Translations under genes and position numbers: made by a program
The notes under the pieces: model-generated
Database searches by the model: none
What the model was told of the DNA's origin: nothing
What the model saw: the letters and a program-made list of their open reading frames with translations, nothing else
Shown here: piece after piece, positions 10,928 through 21,775 of the stretch
How positions within the stretch are numbered: the first letter of the stretch is position 1
Layout of the letters: each line of letters opens with the position of its first letter
From: Anthoceros angustus
Taxonomy: Eukaryota; Plantae; Anthocerotophyta
Direction: 5' to 3'
DNA: 64,000 nucleotides
NCBI GenBank assembly: GCA_010909165.1
Contig: VJWM01000007.1
Span: forward strand, 62,001-126,000

Positions 10928-11736
10928 CCGCCCGGCTGGACGGCCTGCTGACGCGAGGCGTTGCATGTGCCACGTGAGTTGTGAGACTCTCCTTTGAGCT
11001 GATAGACTTGCTTCACAACGAGTGGCTTGCGGCGGCGCCGTGTGCTACAACCCTAGTCACTGTCAGTGCCTAAGGTGAGCAGGCGCAAGAGATAAGACCC
11101 TAATGAAAAACCCAGGTTACTGCATGCCACACAAATCCTCGCCACGAAAGCCCCTCAGATGCGACCTCCTCTCACCGTGCTCCACGCCTCTCTAACGCGC
11201 TCGCCGCATACCACACACTTCTACCCGTAACTGCACGCACCCAGACCACCGTCCTAGCTACGTGCACAAGGCGAATATCCACCGCGATCCCCAAGCCCTA
11301 TCCTGGCAGCCTGCACCACACCCGGTGCATGATCAAGCATCAACAAGCCATCAGCTCATAGTACCTAGTCGCAAAGGCAAAGGCATGATACAATTATCAA
11401 GGTAAACTTGATACCACCGGGTCCAAAACTAGTTCTAATGTACAAAGCCATTGGCTAAGAGCGACACAGGGGTCTGTCAGTTCCCTAACCATGCCTAGAG
11501 AGTGAGTGAATGACATTTACAAAACAATTTGCCCCGACGCTACCAGACAACAAATGGAAAGTGTACCCCTTTCCACCCCTCCACCGTCAATGTAGGCACC
11601 CTTCCAGGCCCAAGGGACATCTAACACACAACTGCAGAAGCTCAAGGCCAAAAGAACCACATCTGAGTTCCAGAAATCCTTGCATTCTAAACTCAGGAAT
11701 CTAACCCTAATTTCCTGGGAAAAGGGCCGGACTTCT

Positions 11737-12818
11737 TCAATCTTCCTGTTCCTCATCCTCCTCCTGCCAGAGAAGAAGATGTACACTGTACGTGAGCATC
11801 TAGTCTTTACCATGACAAGCAACCGCCAGCAGAGAAACAAGAACTTACATCCCCGCTTTCCTCCTCATCATTGATTTCTGACTTTGACTTGTCAGACTCC
11901 TCAGGAGTACCTTCATCCTCCTCCTCATCCTGAGTATTCAATTCCAGGGAGTAAGAAGCCAAGCACAAAACAAATACTGAGAACCCCGGGATCGATGTTG
12001 TAGGCCACCATACCTGCTTCTGTTTGTAGGCAGCTAGCGACCTCTCGTATTCGGATTTCTTCTGAGCGGCCTTGGTATGGTATGGGACTTTCTCCTGCAT
12101 GAAGACACATCCATAAAGATATAAGTAATGCAAAATCCCGGATTGTAAACAAGTCTTCGGACTTAACCCCGGAAACCACGGTGACGTCCCAAGGTCCAAG
12201 GAACATACCGACTCAGACATTTCCTTCCATTTTTCTCCACCAGCTTTCACAACCTGTAACACGCGACACCAGAAATTAGAAGCAAAGCAAGGGACTCGCG
12301 TTTTTAGACAAATCCATAACAAATAAGCAGCTCACCTGTAGTAACACAAGAAACTTACCACAGTCACGCCCTTCACATCCGGATGATCTTCCTTAAAAGA
12401 CTTCCGGAACTCGTCTCTGACGAAAAAAACAAGCCGACAACTCGATAACACGTCAGACCCCGTACAGCCAGCAGAAACAGCTCCTTCTCATGTACCTTTC
12501 CACCATCGCAATACTTACAGGAAGATGAAAAATGCACCCTGCGGCCGCTTAGGCTGGTTCGGGTCTTTCTTGGCTTTAGCAACCTTTCTCACCCTCTTCT
12601 TCGGCTTTGCAGGCTCCTTCGTGATGGTTTTCCTTTTCCGGACCTCTCTGCAGCAACGCACCACAACGCAATCAGATAAGTCATTCCGAGCAAGCTCAAA
12701 CCCAGGGAACCATCAGCAAAACAAACGAAGAGACTCACTTCTCCTCGACCTTCTTCGGCTCTTTCTTTGTTTCTTTCTTCGCCACAGCGGCACCTTTCTT
12801 TCCCTTCGCGTCCTTCAT
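11737..12818 (-). CDS. HMGB: High mobility group B protein (HMGB1/2/3 type), 7 coding exons, 166 aa
   Basis: Exons 12818-12739, 12647-12519, 12416-12359, 12253-12209, 12094-12014, 11929-11849 and 11763-11737 are all GT-AG and total 501 nt. Basic N-terminus, HMG box KDPNQPKRPQGAFFIFLDEFRKSFKEDHP..VVKAGGEKWKEMSESEKVPY, acidic tail. Confidence 0.95.
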
Positions 12819-15269
12819 CTTGACTGAAAGCAAAGCGAGACACCACCGTCTACGGTAATTAATCACAAGCTGACAATGAAAAGCCGCAAATATAGGACCC
12901 CCACCGCTCCAGGCAACCACACACACACCCGCACACTCAGCGCAAAATTAAAACAAGCACAGCAACCGCAAAAGCCAGCACCAATTCTCCACCAGCCTCC
13001 ACGCACTAACAAATGTGCGGCTACATGCGCGGCTCACCTGAGAGCTGGGCTAGCGTCCGCGGGTCGGCAGGCCGGATCGAGCAGCCACTCCCCGGGGGCG
13101 GCAAGATCAAGAAAAAACAACACCAAGCTCTTGGGACGTCAAATTTCACGGCTGCCACCAGCTGCTCCCTCGCCGACAGGGCAGGCACAGAGTAAGCTTC
13201 ACCTACACGCCTCAGGCCCCCTCCCCGCCGCCGCTCCTCAAGCTGCAGGACGAGCCCGGGAGCACGTCATGGCTCCGCCGCGCACAGTGCTACTGCCGCC
13301 TCGGCCGAGCCGGCTGACGCGAATGTTGAAACCGGTCTCCGACAGGGCCTCCGGCACGCCAAGACGCAGCGCAGGGCAGGCCGCAGCAGACTCTCCACAG
13401 CCGAGCAGCACAACAGGGACACGCAAGGGGAAGGAGGGGCGGGGCGTGAGAGGAGAGGAGAATGGAAGGAAGGAGCGCCGAGGGCGAGAGAAAGAGAGGG
13501 AGGGCGCAGGAGGGAGGGCAGCACAGCAAAGGCGCGGCCAGGCAGCAGAGCAGAGAGGAGAGAGAGAAGCAGAGTGACCGGAGAGGCGCGCCACCGGACA
13601 CCGGCCGCGCAGGCGTTTGCCGGTGCCTGAACCCGGTAACCCTGCGTCCCTCCGCCCCCTTTCAAACTTTCAAAATTTTAAAGCGCCGCCCGCAAGAATT
13701 TGAATGCGCCACGGGGGGCTCCGCTCGCCTCCGAGCCTCGCCTCGTTGACCTCCTTCCCAGACCTAAACCGTTGCCTCCTCGGTCTACATGCAGGGCGTT
13801 CCGGCCTTATGCCGCGCTCTGGTACCGGGCCTCAGGCTCGGTTCTGGGCGGGAACATGACACGTGCGGAGGACTTTAACGGCTAGTTAGGCTCCCTGTTT
13901 CCGACACCCTGTGGATTCGGAAAGTGGTGCCAAATCAAGGCTCCCTCGTTTGCTCGTAACCATAGTTTAGAAAGGGCGATACGCGGTCGAGGCCTTTTTG
14001 CTCGTTTAGCCATGGTTAAATCTAGAATGCTCGACCCACTCGAATAGTTTGATCCAGGTTCTTTAATAAAATTATTTATCTTATCTTATTTTTAACATTG
14101 TACACAAAACTTTTTGTATGACACTAGTTCATGTGAACGATGCACTTCGGGGTAAATTTTACTCTCTATAAGATAACAAATAATTGAAAACTTGTGATCA
14201 ATCTATATAGTCAAAACGAAAAAAATCCTTTTAAAAACTCACTAACTCTTCAAGGAACAGAAGCCATTACTTCGTGGATCCTAATCCGAGAGTCTACATT
14301 TTTAGTGCCATAGAAAGGCCTTTTCTTGGACTCTGTGACTTATTTTTTTTAATAATATCAAAAACTAAAGCCCACAATTCAAGAAACAGCCTTTCCAATG
14401 CACTAAAAACCAGAACCTTGATGAGTACCCTACCCAGGTAGTAATGGTTTGCGTTTCTTGAGGGGTTTCGTGAGTTTTTTAAAAGATCCTTTCACGTTTC
14501 GACTAGATACAATATAATGGTCAAAAGTTTTCAAATAGTTTGTATCATGTAGAAGGTATGAAGGGTAGCCTAAACATGAACTAGTATCACGGAAAAATTG
14601 TATACAATGTTAAAGAACATGGGACAAAACACTTGATTTGAGTAGGTTGGGCATTATGGGGTTAAAAGTGGTGATGTTGTTAAAGTATGTTCAATTTAGC
14701 ATTAGTTAGGCAATAGTGATTTGTCTGGAGTTACTCATATGCTTGTAAGGAAAACATGAATCTGATTTTTTTTTTCAGAATTTAAAACCATCAAAATCAA
14801 TTTTCTTAGAATTTCCAGACAAGTAATTGCCTGGAACGTTCATTCGTTCTAGGGTTAAGCTTAAGAACTTTGTTGATATTATTAAGAAATGTTTGAATAG
14901 AAAGGCTGTAGAAAACTCTGTATAGATTCTAATGATCGCACTTACACTTCAAGAAGAGGAGTAGGTATGCGAATGAGCAGATCCTAATTAAGTCTTTGTG
15001 ACAAGACATTATTGCTAGTTTCTTCGACGAAAGACTGTAGTAAAAGTATATAGATTTTGATGATGAGAATGAGCACAACTTGTAGTGTGAAGGGGTGGGC
15101 AAGTTCTAGGCCACGGCTGCACGACGTCAATTGACAGGGTAGTGTGTATGTCTCCCGGGTGCGTTTATTGTTTTTTTGTTGTGTAGGTCCTCCTCGGCTA
15201 AGGCTATCCCTCACCCTTCTCCTCTCCCCTCACATATCCAGCAATCAGCAATGTCCATGTCACCACATT

Positions 15270-15515
15270 CTTTGTGGCCATGCTATCAAAAAACCTGGCA
15301 TGCAGCTTCCAGTTTACCACATTTTACGTACATGTCCACCAGGCAGCAATGCTTGCACGGGCCTTTAGGAGGCAAGCAAAAGTAACATGGTTAGCCAAAA
15401 TCAACCCTTCCAACTCTATTTGTCCATGCAAAAGAAGTGCCTCATGTTCGAGCCCTTGCTCGGCATACCCAGCTATTAGGGCATTCCATGTTTCAACTCC
15501 ATTGTCCATCTCTTT
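15270..15515 (-). pseudogene. PLS-class PPR gene fragment
   Basis: VETWNALIAGYAEQGLEHEALLL...NHVTFACLLKA, then after a frameshift LVDMYVKCGKLEAACQVF*. Confidence 0.8.
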
Positions 15516-15651
15516 GAGCGGCAGCCGAATGTGTACTTTGACTGATACCGTGCACATAGCCGCTTGACATAAGCGGTTCACTGTTCCAGAAGGAACAGTG
15601 AACCGCTCATGGACTGCGACTACGACTGCGACTGGAACAATGGACTGCGAT

Positions 15652-15700
15652 TGGAGGAGTCCAGAAGGAGGGCAAAGGGCCCTCCTTCTGGACTCCTCCA
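15652..15700. other. Perfect 22-bp inverted repeat with a 5-nt loop
   Basis: TGGAGGAGTCCAGAAGGAGGGC-aaagg-GCCCTCCTTCTGGACTCCTCCA. Confidence 0.95.
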
Positions 15701-16640
15701 TTCCAGTCTTGGCGGGCCCTTTGCATTCTGTCGGAAGGCGGGGCTCACGGCTTTGGCTCGGCCTTGCATTCCCGCGTTCCGAATCGCACCAGCATCCTTT
15801 TCGACCGCAATGAGGGTCCACCTCGGTTTGGCTCATCCCCTAGCCTCTTCTCTTTCCACGTGCACTTGTGCAGCTGCCATCCACGATTCCGGATCCCATT
15901 TGGCTCGTTGTCCCATGGGGGGGGCAACATATTGCTACACATGACGCCATTCGCGACGTCATGTTTTCGATAACTAAGGAGAGCGGATTTTTTCCATACA
16001 GGGAGCGCCCATATACATTGCATAATGGTGTGTCACTCAGGGCGGACCTTTTTATACTAGGAGAGAGCAAATTTACATCGCTGATGTGGTTGTCACGGAT
16101 CCCACGAGAGATCTATATGCGAGCACGTCATCATCAACCCCCCGGGCTGGGCGGCAGAAGGATGCGCAACCAGCAAGACTCACAAGTACTCTCCTATGCA
16201 AGACGGCCATGTTTTCATCCTCCTCGCCCTCGAGAATCATCGGGCTATGGGCAAGGATTTCTCTAGGTTAATTAAGGAGTGTGCAAAAGCCTATTACAGC
16301 CACAGGATTTGGAGGGGCCTCCCCCTTTCCTCTGTGGTGGCTTTCTTTCGCCAACGAGTTTCCATAGCTCTGCAGAAAGCGCCGGCTAACGCTATTTATA
16401 GGACGGCTACGTGCGCAGGACTATCGGCTTCTTCGGCACCGATAGTAGGTAGGCCCTTCATCATCCCTGATCACGATATCATTGGTGCAGTAGGTAATTA
16501 CGGGAAAGGCATTCGAGGGGACTAGGACTTCGACTAGGACTTCTCCTTTTACTATTAGCCCTTTTTGGGTTGTTCCTCCTCGAACTTCAGGGGTAGATGG
16601 GATTTCCCATCTCGCCTATTAATAACGTCTACTCTACTTA
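15700..16640 (+). mobile_element. CRE-like non-LTR retrotransposon, 3' portion (zinc knuckle, restriction-like endonuclease, 3' UTR), frameshifted
   Basis: HLARCPMGGQHIATHDAIRDV (C..GG....H..IRD), then LRADL...IADVVVTDP (RLE core), F.LLALE..G.MGKDF.RLIKECA and FFRQRVSIALQKAPANAI. 3' stem-loop AGATGGGATTTCCCATCT. Confidence 0.78.
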
Positions 16641-17339
16641 TATCTAATGAGGATTATTTCCAATCAATCCTTTCAAATGATGTTCACAATATTTTTTAAG
16701 TCGTTTTCCTTTTCATACTCACTTTAGGTTTTCAATGGTCTTGGTATTTTTGTGAGAAATACATTACTACCTTATATATTATTATAATTAATTTAAATAT
16801 TAGATTAGATTATATTTTTATTACATTACATTCACCTTACTTGTAGTGGCAGTTCGCGCAAGGGAACCTGATACATCCCGTGACGAAGGGGGTCCGAACT
16901 AGAGGGCTTTTATTTTTTGTTTTTTCTTAACTCTAGGATTTTGTTACATTGCTAATTCTTGCAAACAAGAGAGGCGTTGGGGTCAATTCTGTGCTGATTT
17001 GAGTGATTTGATTATGAGGATTGCCCTTTGATCTGATGTGTAGTGAGTTAGTAAATTGGTCTCGATGAAGGGAGCTCCTCTTTGATTTGTTGTCTCATGA
17101 GTTGATGATATAGTGTGGTTCAGAGATACATACCTGATAAGCGTCTTGTAAAACATTTCCTAAGATCAGGGTAAATCTGGAGTCTTGAGAAGTATTGGAC
17201 ATTGTGAGATAGTTCTATAATAAAATAAAACTATATTAATAAATAATCAAATAAAATATGCTATTTAAATTATAACTACAAAATATATATTACAATTCTA
17301 ATATAAAAGCTGACTTTTATACCTTCAGCTATCTTACCC

Positions 17340-17550
17340 ACAGCAGCTACTGCTGGAGATGCATCCTCGTCCGGTTCATTAACGCGTAGGCCATTCAATC
17401 TCCCTAGTTATGACATTGTTGGCACTCTAGGTGACTTTAAATATGGAGCTTAGTTGCTGCTGCGACCCTTAGGGTCTCCATTGTCCTTGAATAGATGGCT
17501 TCACCCATCTCCTCTTTTCTTAATAAAAGTAACTATTATTATTATTATCG
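17340..17550 (+). mobile_element. Short 3' end of the same CRE-like family, with an (ATT)n tail
   Basis: RRPFNLPSYDIVGTLGDF matches GRPFIIPDHDIIGAVGNY. AGATGG..CCATCT hairpin, then TATTATTATTATTAT. Confidence 0.6.
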
Positions 17551-17624
17551 TTATGGATATTATATATTTATAAAATTAAAATTATCTTATAATAAAATTA
17601 TATTATTTTAGTAAAATACTTTCA

Positions 17625-17700
17625 AGGAGTGTGGAGACTTTATAGAATTGGAGGGATGGGGAAGTCCCATCTATACAAGATGTTAGGAAATAACCTTCTA
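17625..17700 (-). mobile_element. Very short 3' end of the CRE-like family
   Basis: On the minus strand: TAGATGGGACTTCCCCATC ... TATAAAGTCTCCAC. Confidence 0.55.
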
Positions 17701-18324
17701 AAGATTAAATATTTTTAATAAAAAGAGATACGGAAGTCAGCTGTTATGTTGGAATTGAAACATATATTTAATAGATGTACTTTAAATTCTTTATGCTGAG
17801 CTAGGGCCTATCCCTTTATCTTTTTACTGTTATGGGCCTAGCTCTTTTATTTTTACTTTTAAGGCCCTAGCTCTTTTATCTTTATGGGCCCAGAAGGACC
17901 GGTTGGCGGTGGGCGGGTACCGGTGCTTCCGGTATCCTCTAGAGTTCCGTCACCGGCGTCGGAAAGCTTGGGCAAGTTGCTTTATATGGTTGGCAAGGGC
18001 TTGTGATATTAGGTCTAAACGTTACACCGACAGCGTGTATCGTCCCAAGTTACGGGTGGCACCCGGGATCGTGGAAATCTGTCCTCGGCCAAATGGGTGG
18101 CGATGTAGGTTTGAGCTGCTGGGGTGTTGTCAAAAGACGAAAATTTTGCTGGGCCATTGAAGTTTAGGTTTGAGCGCCGAGGGTATATAAGAAGATTTGG
18201 ATCAAGGTTTGGTGGAATTTGCCAGCCGTGAATGTCGTGCTGCTCCCGAGTGCAGCTAGGACGGGAATACGCGAATTTGTGGAGTTCGACCAGCGGCGAC
18301 CTGCGGAAGAAGGGTGTGAAGAAG

Positions 18325-19389
18325 ATGCAGATTTTTCTGCAAAGATTGGATGGTTCCACGGCTGCCGTGGAAGTGCATCCAGGGGCATCCGTAGATTGGC
18401 TGATCCAACAAGCTTTGCCTCAAGGAGCTGATGCTGGGGTTGTTTATGTGAAGCATGGTGGTAGGCTGCTGCGGAGATCGTCGGCTCTCGGCGATGGTGG
18501 CGTGCATGAGCACAGTACCCTGCAATTAGGGTTAGGGCTGCGAGGAGGGGGTGGAGATGGCGGGGCCACTGGTGCAGAGTCAAGGGATTGTTATCTTAAG
18601 ATGTATGCGGACAAGAAGCCGGATAAAGTGGATCCTTATGAGCAGAAGCTTGCGAAGTGGACTCGATGCGGATTATGTTCGGAGGTTCTGAAGCCCCCTT
18701 GTGTGATGGATATGTTAGGGAACATCTACAACAAGGAAGAGATTGTGCAAGCGCTGCTTACCAAGACATTGCCGAAGAGGTTATCGCATATTAAGGGGTT
18801 GAAGGATGTGGTGGACATAAAGCTGACCTCCCTTCCTGGTGTTTCTTCGGATGACGATATTTCGGGTGCCAAATTCCAGTGTCCAGTTACAGGGCAGGAG
18901 ATGAATGGGAAGTTGAGGTTTTTTGCGTTAAGGAGCTGCGGCCATGTGCTCAGTGCACGGGCTTTTAAGGAGTTAGGTGCAATGACATGTGCTGTTTGTC
19001 TCAGGCCGTTCACCGAGGATGAGAAGGTTGTTATCAATGGGTCAGAGGAAGAGGTGCTGGTCCTGAGGCAGAGGTTGGAAGCCGAGAGGGCTGGAAAGGG
19101 CAGAATTCGAGGCGAGAAGAAGCAAAGAAAGCCAGCTGTAGAGAATATTAGCAGAGCCGATCTTGTGGATCCCAAGCGGAAGTCCTCTCCGAATGGTCTG
19201 GTGCAGGTTGTGCCTGTAGTGAGGCCAAAGGGGTCTGACCTTGTGCAAGTTGCGAAGAAGTTGAAGGCAGAGGATCACATGCCTGTCAACGCTACCAAGG
19301 AGGTATACGCATCCATTTTTACATCGTCAAGCAAAGGAGACTTCAAGGAAACGTACTCGTGCAGGTCACTTCCGATTGGAAGAAATTGA
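18325..19389 (+). CDS. RTF2: Replication termination factor 2 with N-terminal ubiquitin-like domain, single exon, 354 aa
   Basis: MQIFLQRLDG...STLQLGLGLRGGGGDGGATGAESRDCYLKMY, Rtf2 RING KWTRCGLCSEVLKPP..DMLGNIYNKE, and FQCPVTGQEMNGKLRFFALRSCGHV. Confidence 0.94.
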   Translation: MQIFLQRLDGSTAAVEVHPGASVDWLIQQALPQGADAGVVYVKHGGRLLRRSSALGDGGVHEHSTLQLGLGLRGGGGDGGATGAESRDCYLKMYADKKPDKVDPYEQKLAKWTRCGLCSEVLKPPCVMDMLGNIYNKEEIVQALLTKTLPKRLSHIKGLKDVVDIKLTSLPGVSSDDDISGAKFQCPVTGQEMNGKLRFFALRSCGHVLSARAFKELGAMTCAVCLRPFTEDEKVVINGSEEEVLVLRQRLEAERAGKGRIRGEKKQRKPAVENISRADLVDPKRKSSPNGLVQVVPVVRPKGSDLVQVAKKLKAEDHMPVNATKEVYASIFTSSSKGDFKETYSCRSLPIGRN

Positions 19390-19918
19390 ATGAAGGGTTT
19401 TTGCACTCGATCTAGGCTCGTCTCCGAAGCTCTGGATCCTTGTCAAAGAAAGTGGTGTTGGATTGCCAAGGTGTGGCAATAACTGAGCATGCTGGCAACC
19501 ACTCCACAAGTGTTATGATGAGTTGTAACTTATAGACCTAGAAGATAATACTGACCCGCAATGCAACACCTTGAGACAGGTTGGGAAGTACCCCTCGCAT
19601 GTAACTGTACGCATTTTGTAAAATAGTCATCAGAATAGCTCAAATAATGCTTAGGATACTTGTGGTTCTCTGATCGCGTCTGGGCTTAAAGCTGCTGCTG
19701 TGGGCATCGTCAAGTTCTTTGTTGTGTTGCTGCTGTGAGCGTCAAGTTCTTCGGGGAGCCAAATGGGTACGTTGTGGAGACGGATAAAGCCTGCTCAAGC
19801 TAAGCAGGAAAAAGAATTCACCCGAGCCGACTGGTGTTGTACTGTACTCTGAGACATGGTCCGAAATGCGGACAACGGGACCAGTCCTGCCATAAAACGG
19901 CAACGACGATGCACTGCG

Positions 19919-21022
19919 TCAGTAAGTGAGGCAGCACTGGAGCACGCCACTGATGGCACTTCGGCAGGTCGGGCAGGTTTTGCTGCGAAGTTGATGTTCC
20001 TCCAAGCACTGAAAGCAGTAATCGAAGTGCATGCAAGGCAGCAGCAGCGCATCCCGAGACTTGGTGAGGCATATTTTACAGGACGCTTTTTCCTGCTCCT
20101 TCTCCACCTCCGCTTCCTTGCTTCTCCTGAGAGCTGCCATGCCTGCAACGTGATCTCTTATCATTCGGGAGATTTCCTGCTGATGTGCAGCCATGGCCCT
20201 CTCCTGCGTTCGCTCTTTCTCTTGCTGGCAAAGCTTGTGCATCGTATCCCCTAGCGTCTGCACCAACGTCTGCGCCATCCGCTGCACAGGAATCAGCTGA
20301 TTGTAATCAAGCGTCTTGCATCTTTGCATGTGATCTATTCCGTTCTGCATGTGCTTGGTCAAGTCTTCCAAGAGATCCTCCGGTTTGCCAACGTCTTCGC
20401 CTCTGGCCGGCACTTCCACCTGTAACTTCTTCTCCCGCTCCTTCTCCCGACCTCGATCCCTTTCCCCCTCCCTCGCCCGCAGCGGCGTCGGTGGCTTCCC
20501 TTTCCCTCCACCTCTCCCCCTGCCTCTTCCATCCCTGCCTTCTGTATGTCGGGGGGAAGCGATTCTTTCCCCACTGCCGTTTTCTTGGCCACAACTTCGG
20601 GCAGCAAGCTCTGGTCGAGGAATTTCCTTGACATGAAAGATTGTTCTTTCTCGTTGCTGTAGCGCCTGCTGCTGCTGCTGTTCTGCACAGGTATTGCCTT
20701 TGCTGTTCCCTCGCCTAACTTCCGAGGCCAGTCCAGCAGTCGATAGTATATGTGGATAGAAACCGGGTGGGCACGCATTCTCATTCAAATCAAAGAGTCG
20801 ATCGGCAGAGTCTCCCAGGCAAGGTCTCTTGGCTCTATGCATCGTGGAGAAAGAGGCCTCGTCACCGGAGGGGGCTGTGCCCTGCTCCATGTCTCTTGAA
20901 AAGAAAGAAAGGTCCGACGAGGTTACCGTCAAGTGCTTCAACAGCAGTTCCTTTGGTTCAGTTCGGGCAATAATGGGCATCGCCGCTAACTGACTTATCA
21001 TAGCAAATGTAGTGATAGGCAC
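19919..21022 (-). CDS. Intronless coiled-coil plus C-terminal C3HC4 (IAP-type) RING E3 ligase-like protein; start codon uncertain (21022 GTG, 21001 or 20890 ATG)
   Basis: Open 367-codon frame ending CKICLTKSRDALLLPCMHFDYCFQCLEEHQLRSKTCPTCRSAI. Confidence 0.75.
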   Translation of the reverse strand: MPITTFAMISQLAAMPIIARTEPKELLLKHLTVTSSDLSFFSRDMEQGTAPSGDEASFSTMHRAKRPCLGDSADRLFDLNENACPPGFYPHILSTAGLASEVRRGNSKGNTCAEQQQQQALQQRERTIFHVKEIPRPELAARSCGQENGSGERIASPRHTEGRDGRGRGRGGGKGKPPTPLRAREGERDRGREKEREKKLQVEVPARGEDVGKPEDLLEDLTKHMQNGIDHMQRCKTLDYNQLIPVQRMAQTLVQTLGDTMHKLCQQEKERTQERAMAAHQQEISRMIRDHVAGMAALRRSKEAEVEKEQEKASCKICLTKSRDALLLPCMHFDYCFQCLEEHQLRSKTCPTCRSAISGVLQCCLTY

Positions 21023-21309
21023 ACTACCTACCCAAATTCTCGGTATTCGATACCACTTTTTTACTCATGTCTTTTTCTTTTACCTGTTTTCTGCCCATGG
21101 CTCCCTACAGCCTTCAGCAAACTATGCATGCCGATGTCATCTGCATTTGCCTATCGATTTTGCCAAAAAGAAACACCAATTCTAACTACTTCGTTTGCGT
21201 CCGAAACATGAAAGATGCTCATATATGCTTAGAAACCACCAAGGTCTCCGAGGTCTTGGGAAGAACCCAACCGGGTCTTTGAGCAAAAGCCTCAGCAGCC
21301 AAGAGAAGC

Positions 21310-21560
21310 TGACAAATGCTTTGAACTCGATACTCAGATCTGGAAAGGGTTCCTCTATTACAAAATTCGAGACTGGAGACTATGAATTGGTGGTTGATAG
21401 CAATTTCTCTCCGTGAGTGTTCTAACTGGATCACCTAGTTGAAAACGAGACATCGAGTACGTTAGGGTACAATACGTTGACATCTCTAATCGCTGTTGCA
21501 GAGATGGGACCTCCCTAGTGGTGTCTGATGAAGTTGGGCAGATGCATTTCTTTGCGCAAT
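21310..21560 (+). pseudogene. Fragment of a BRWD1/PHIP-like WD40-bromodomain gene retaining an intron; degraded remnants may extend to about 24100
   Basis: KFETGDYELVVDSNFSP|(GTGAGT..CAG intron)|DGTSLVVSDEVGQMHFFA resembles the plant BRWD motif LVDGKFSPDGTSIILSDDVGQ. Confidence 0.6.
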
Positions 21561-21659
21561 TGGTGATGAAGAAACCACTGGGAAAGATGGAAAATATAAT
21601 CAGGTTGGCTCTGTTTGATTCTTGGGTTATCCTCAGATATCTGTTTGGAAGTTCTAACA

Positions 21660-21775
21660 AGAGGGAACGGAGACTTCATAAATAAGCAGAGATGGGAAGT
21701 CCCATCTACACGGAGGGGGTGGGGAACATCCCACGAGGGCCCCAGGTCAGGGGGAACTAGCCCCGGCGATTGTCT
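21660..21775 (-). mobile_element. 3' end of the CRE-like family
   Basis: Minus strand reads GGGGCTAGTTCCCC...GGGATGTTCCCC...GTAGATGGGACTTCCCATCTC...GAAGTCTCC. Confidence 0.6.

Noticed and set aside
12876-13885. Several overlapping ORFs upstream of HMGB
   Set aside because: GC-rich 5' UTR, intron and promoter sequence with low-complexity translations and no domain motifs.
17056-17080. miR159/319-like sequence TGAAGGGAGCTCC
   Set aside because: Only a 13-nt match, and no complementary star arm was found nearby.
17100-17140. C/D box snoRNA (TGATGA ... CTGA)
   Set aside because: The boxes are only about 30 nt apart, with no terminal stem or recognisable guide.
18325-18560. Ubiquitin-like domain fused to RTF2 as a novelty
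   Set aside because: This is the known architecture of plant RTF2 (Ubl ending in LRGG).
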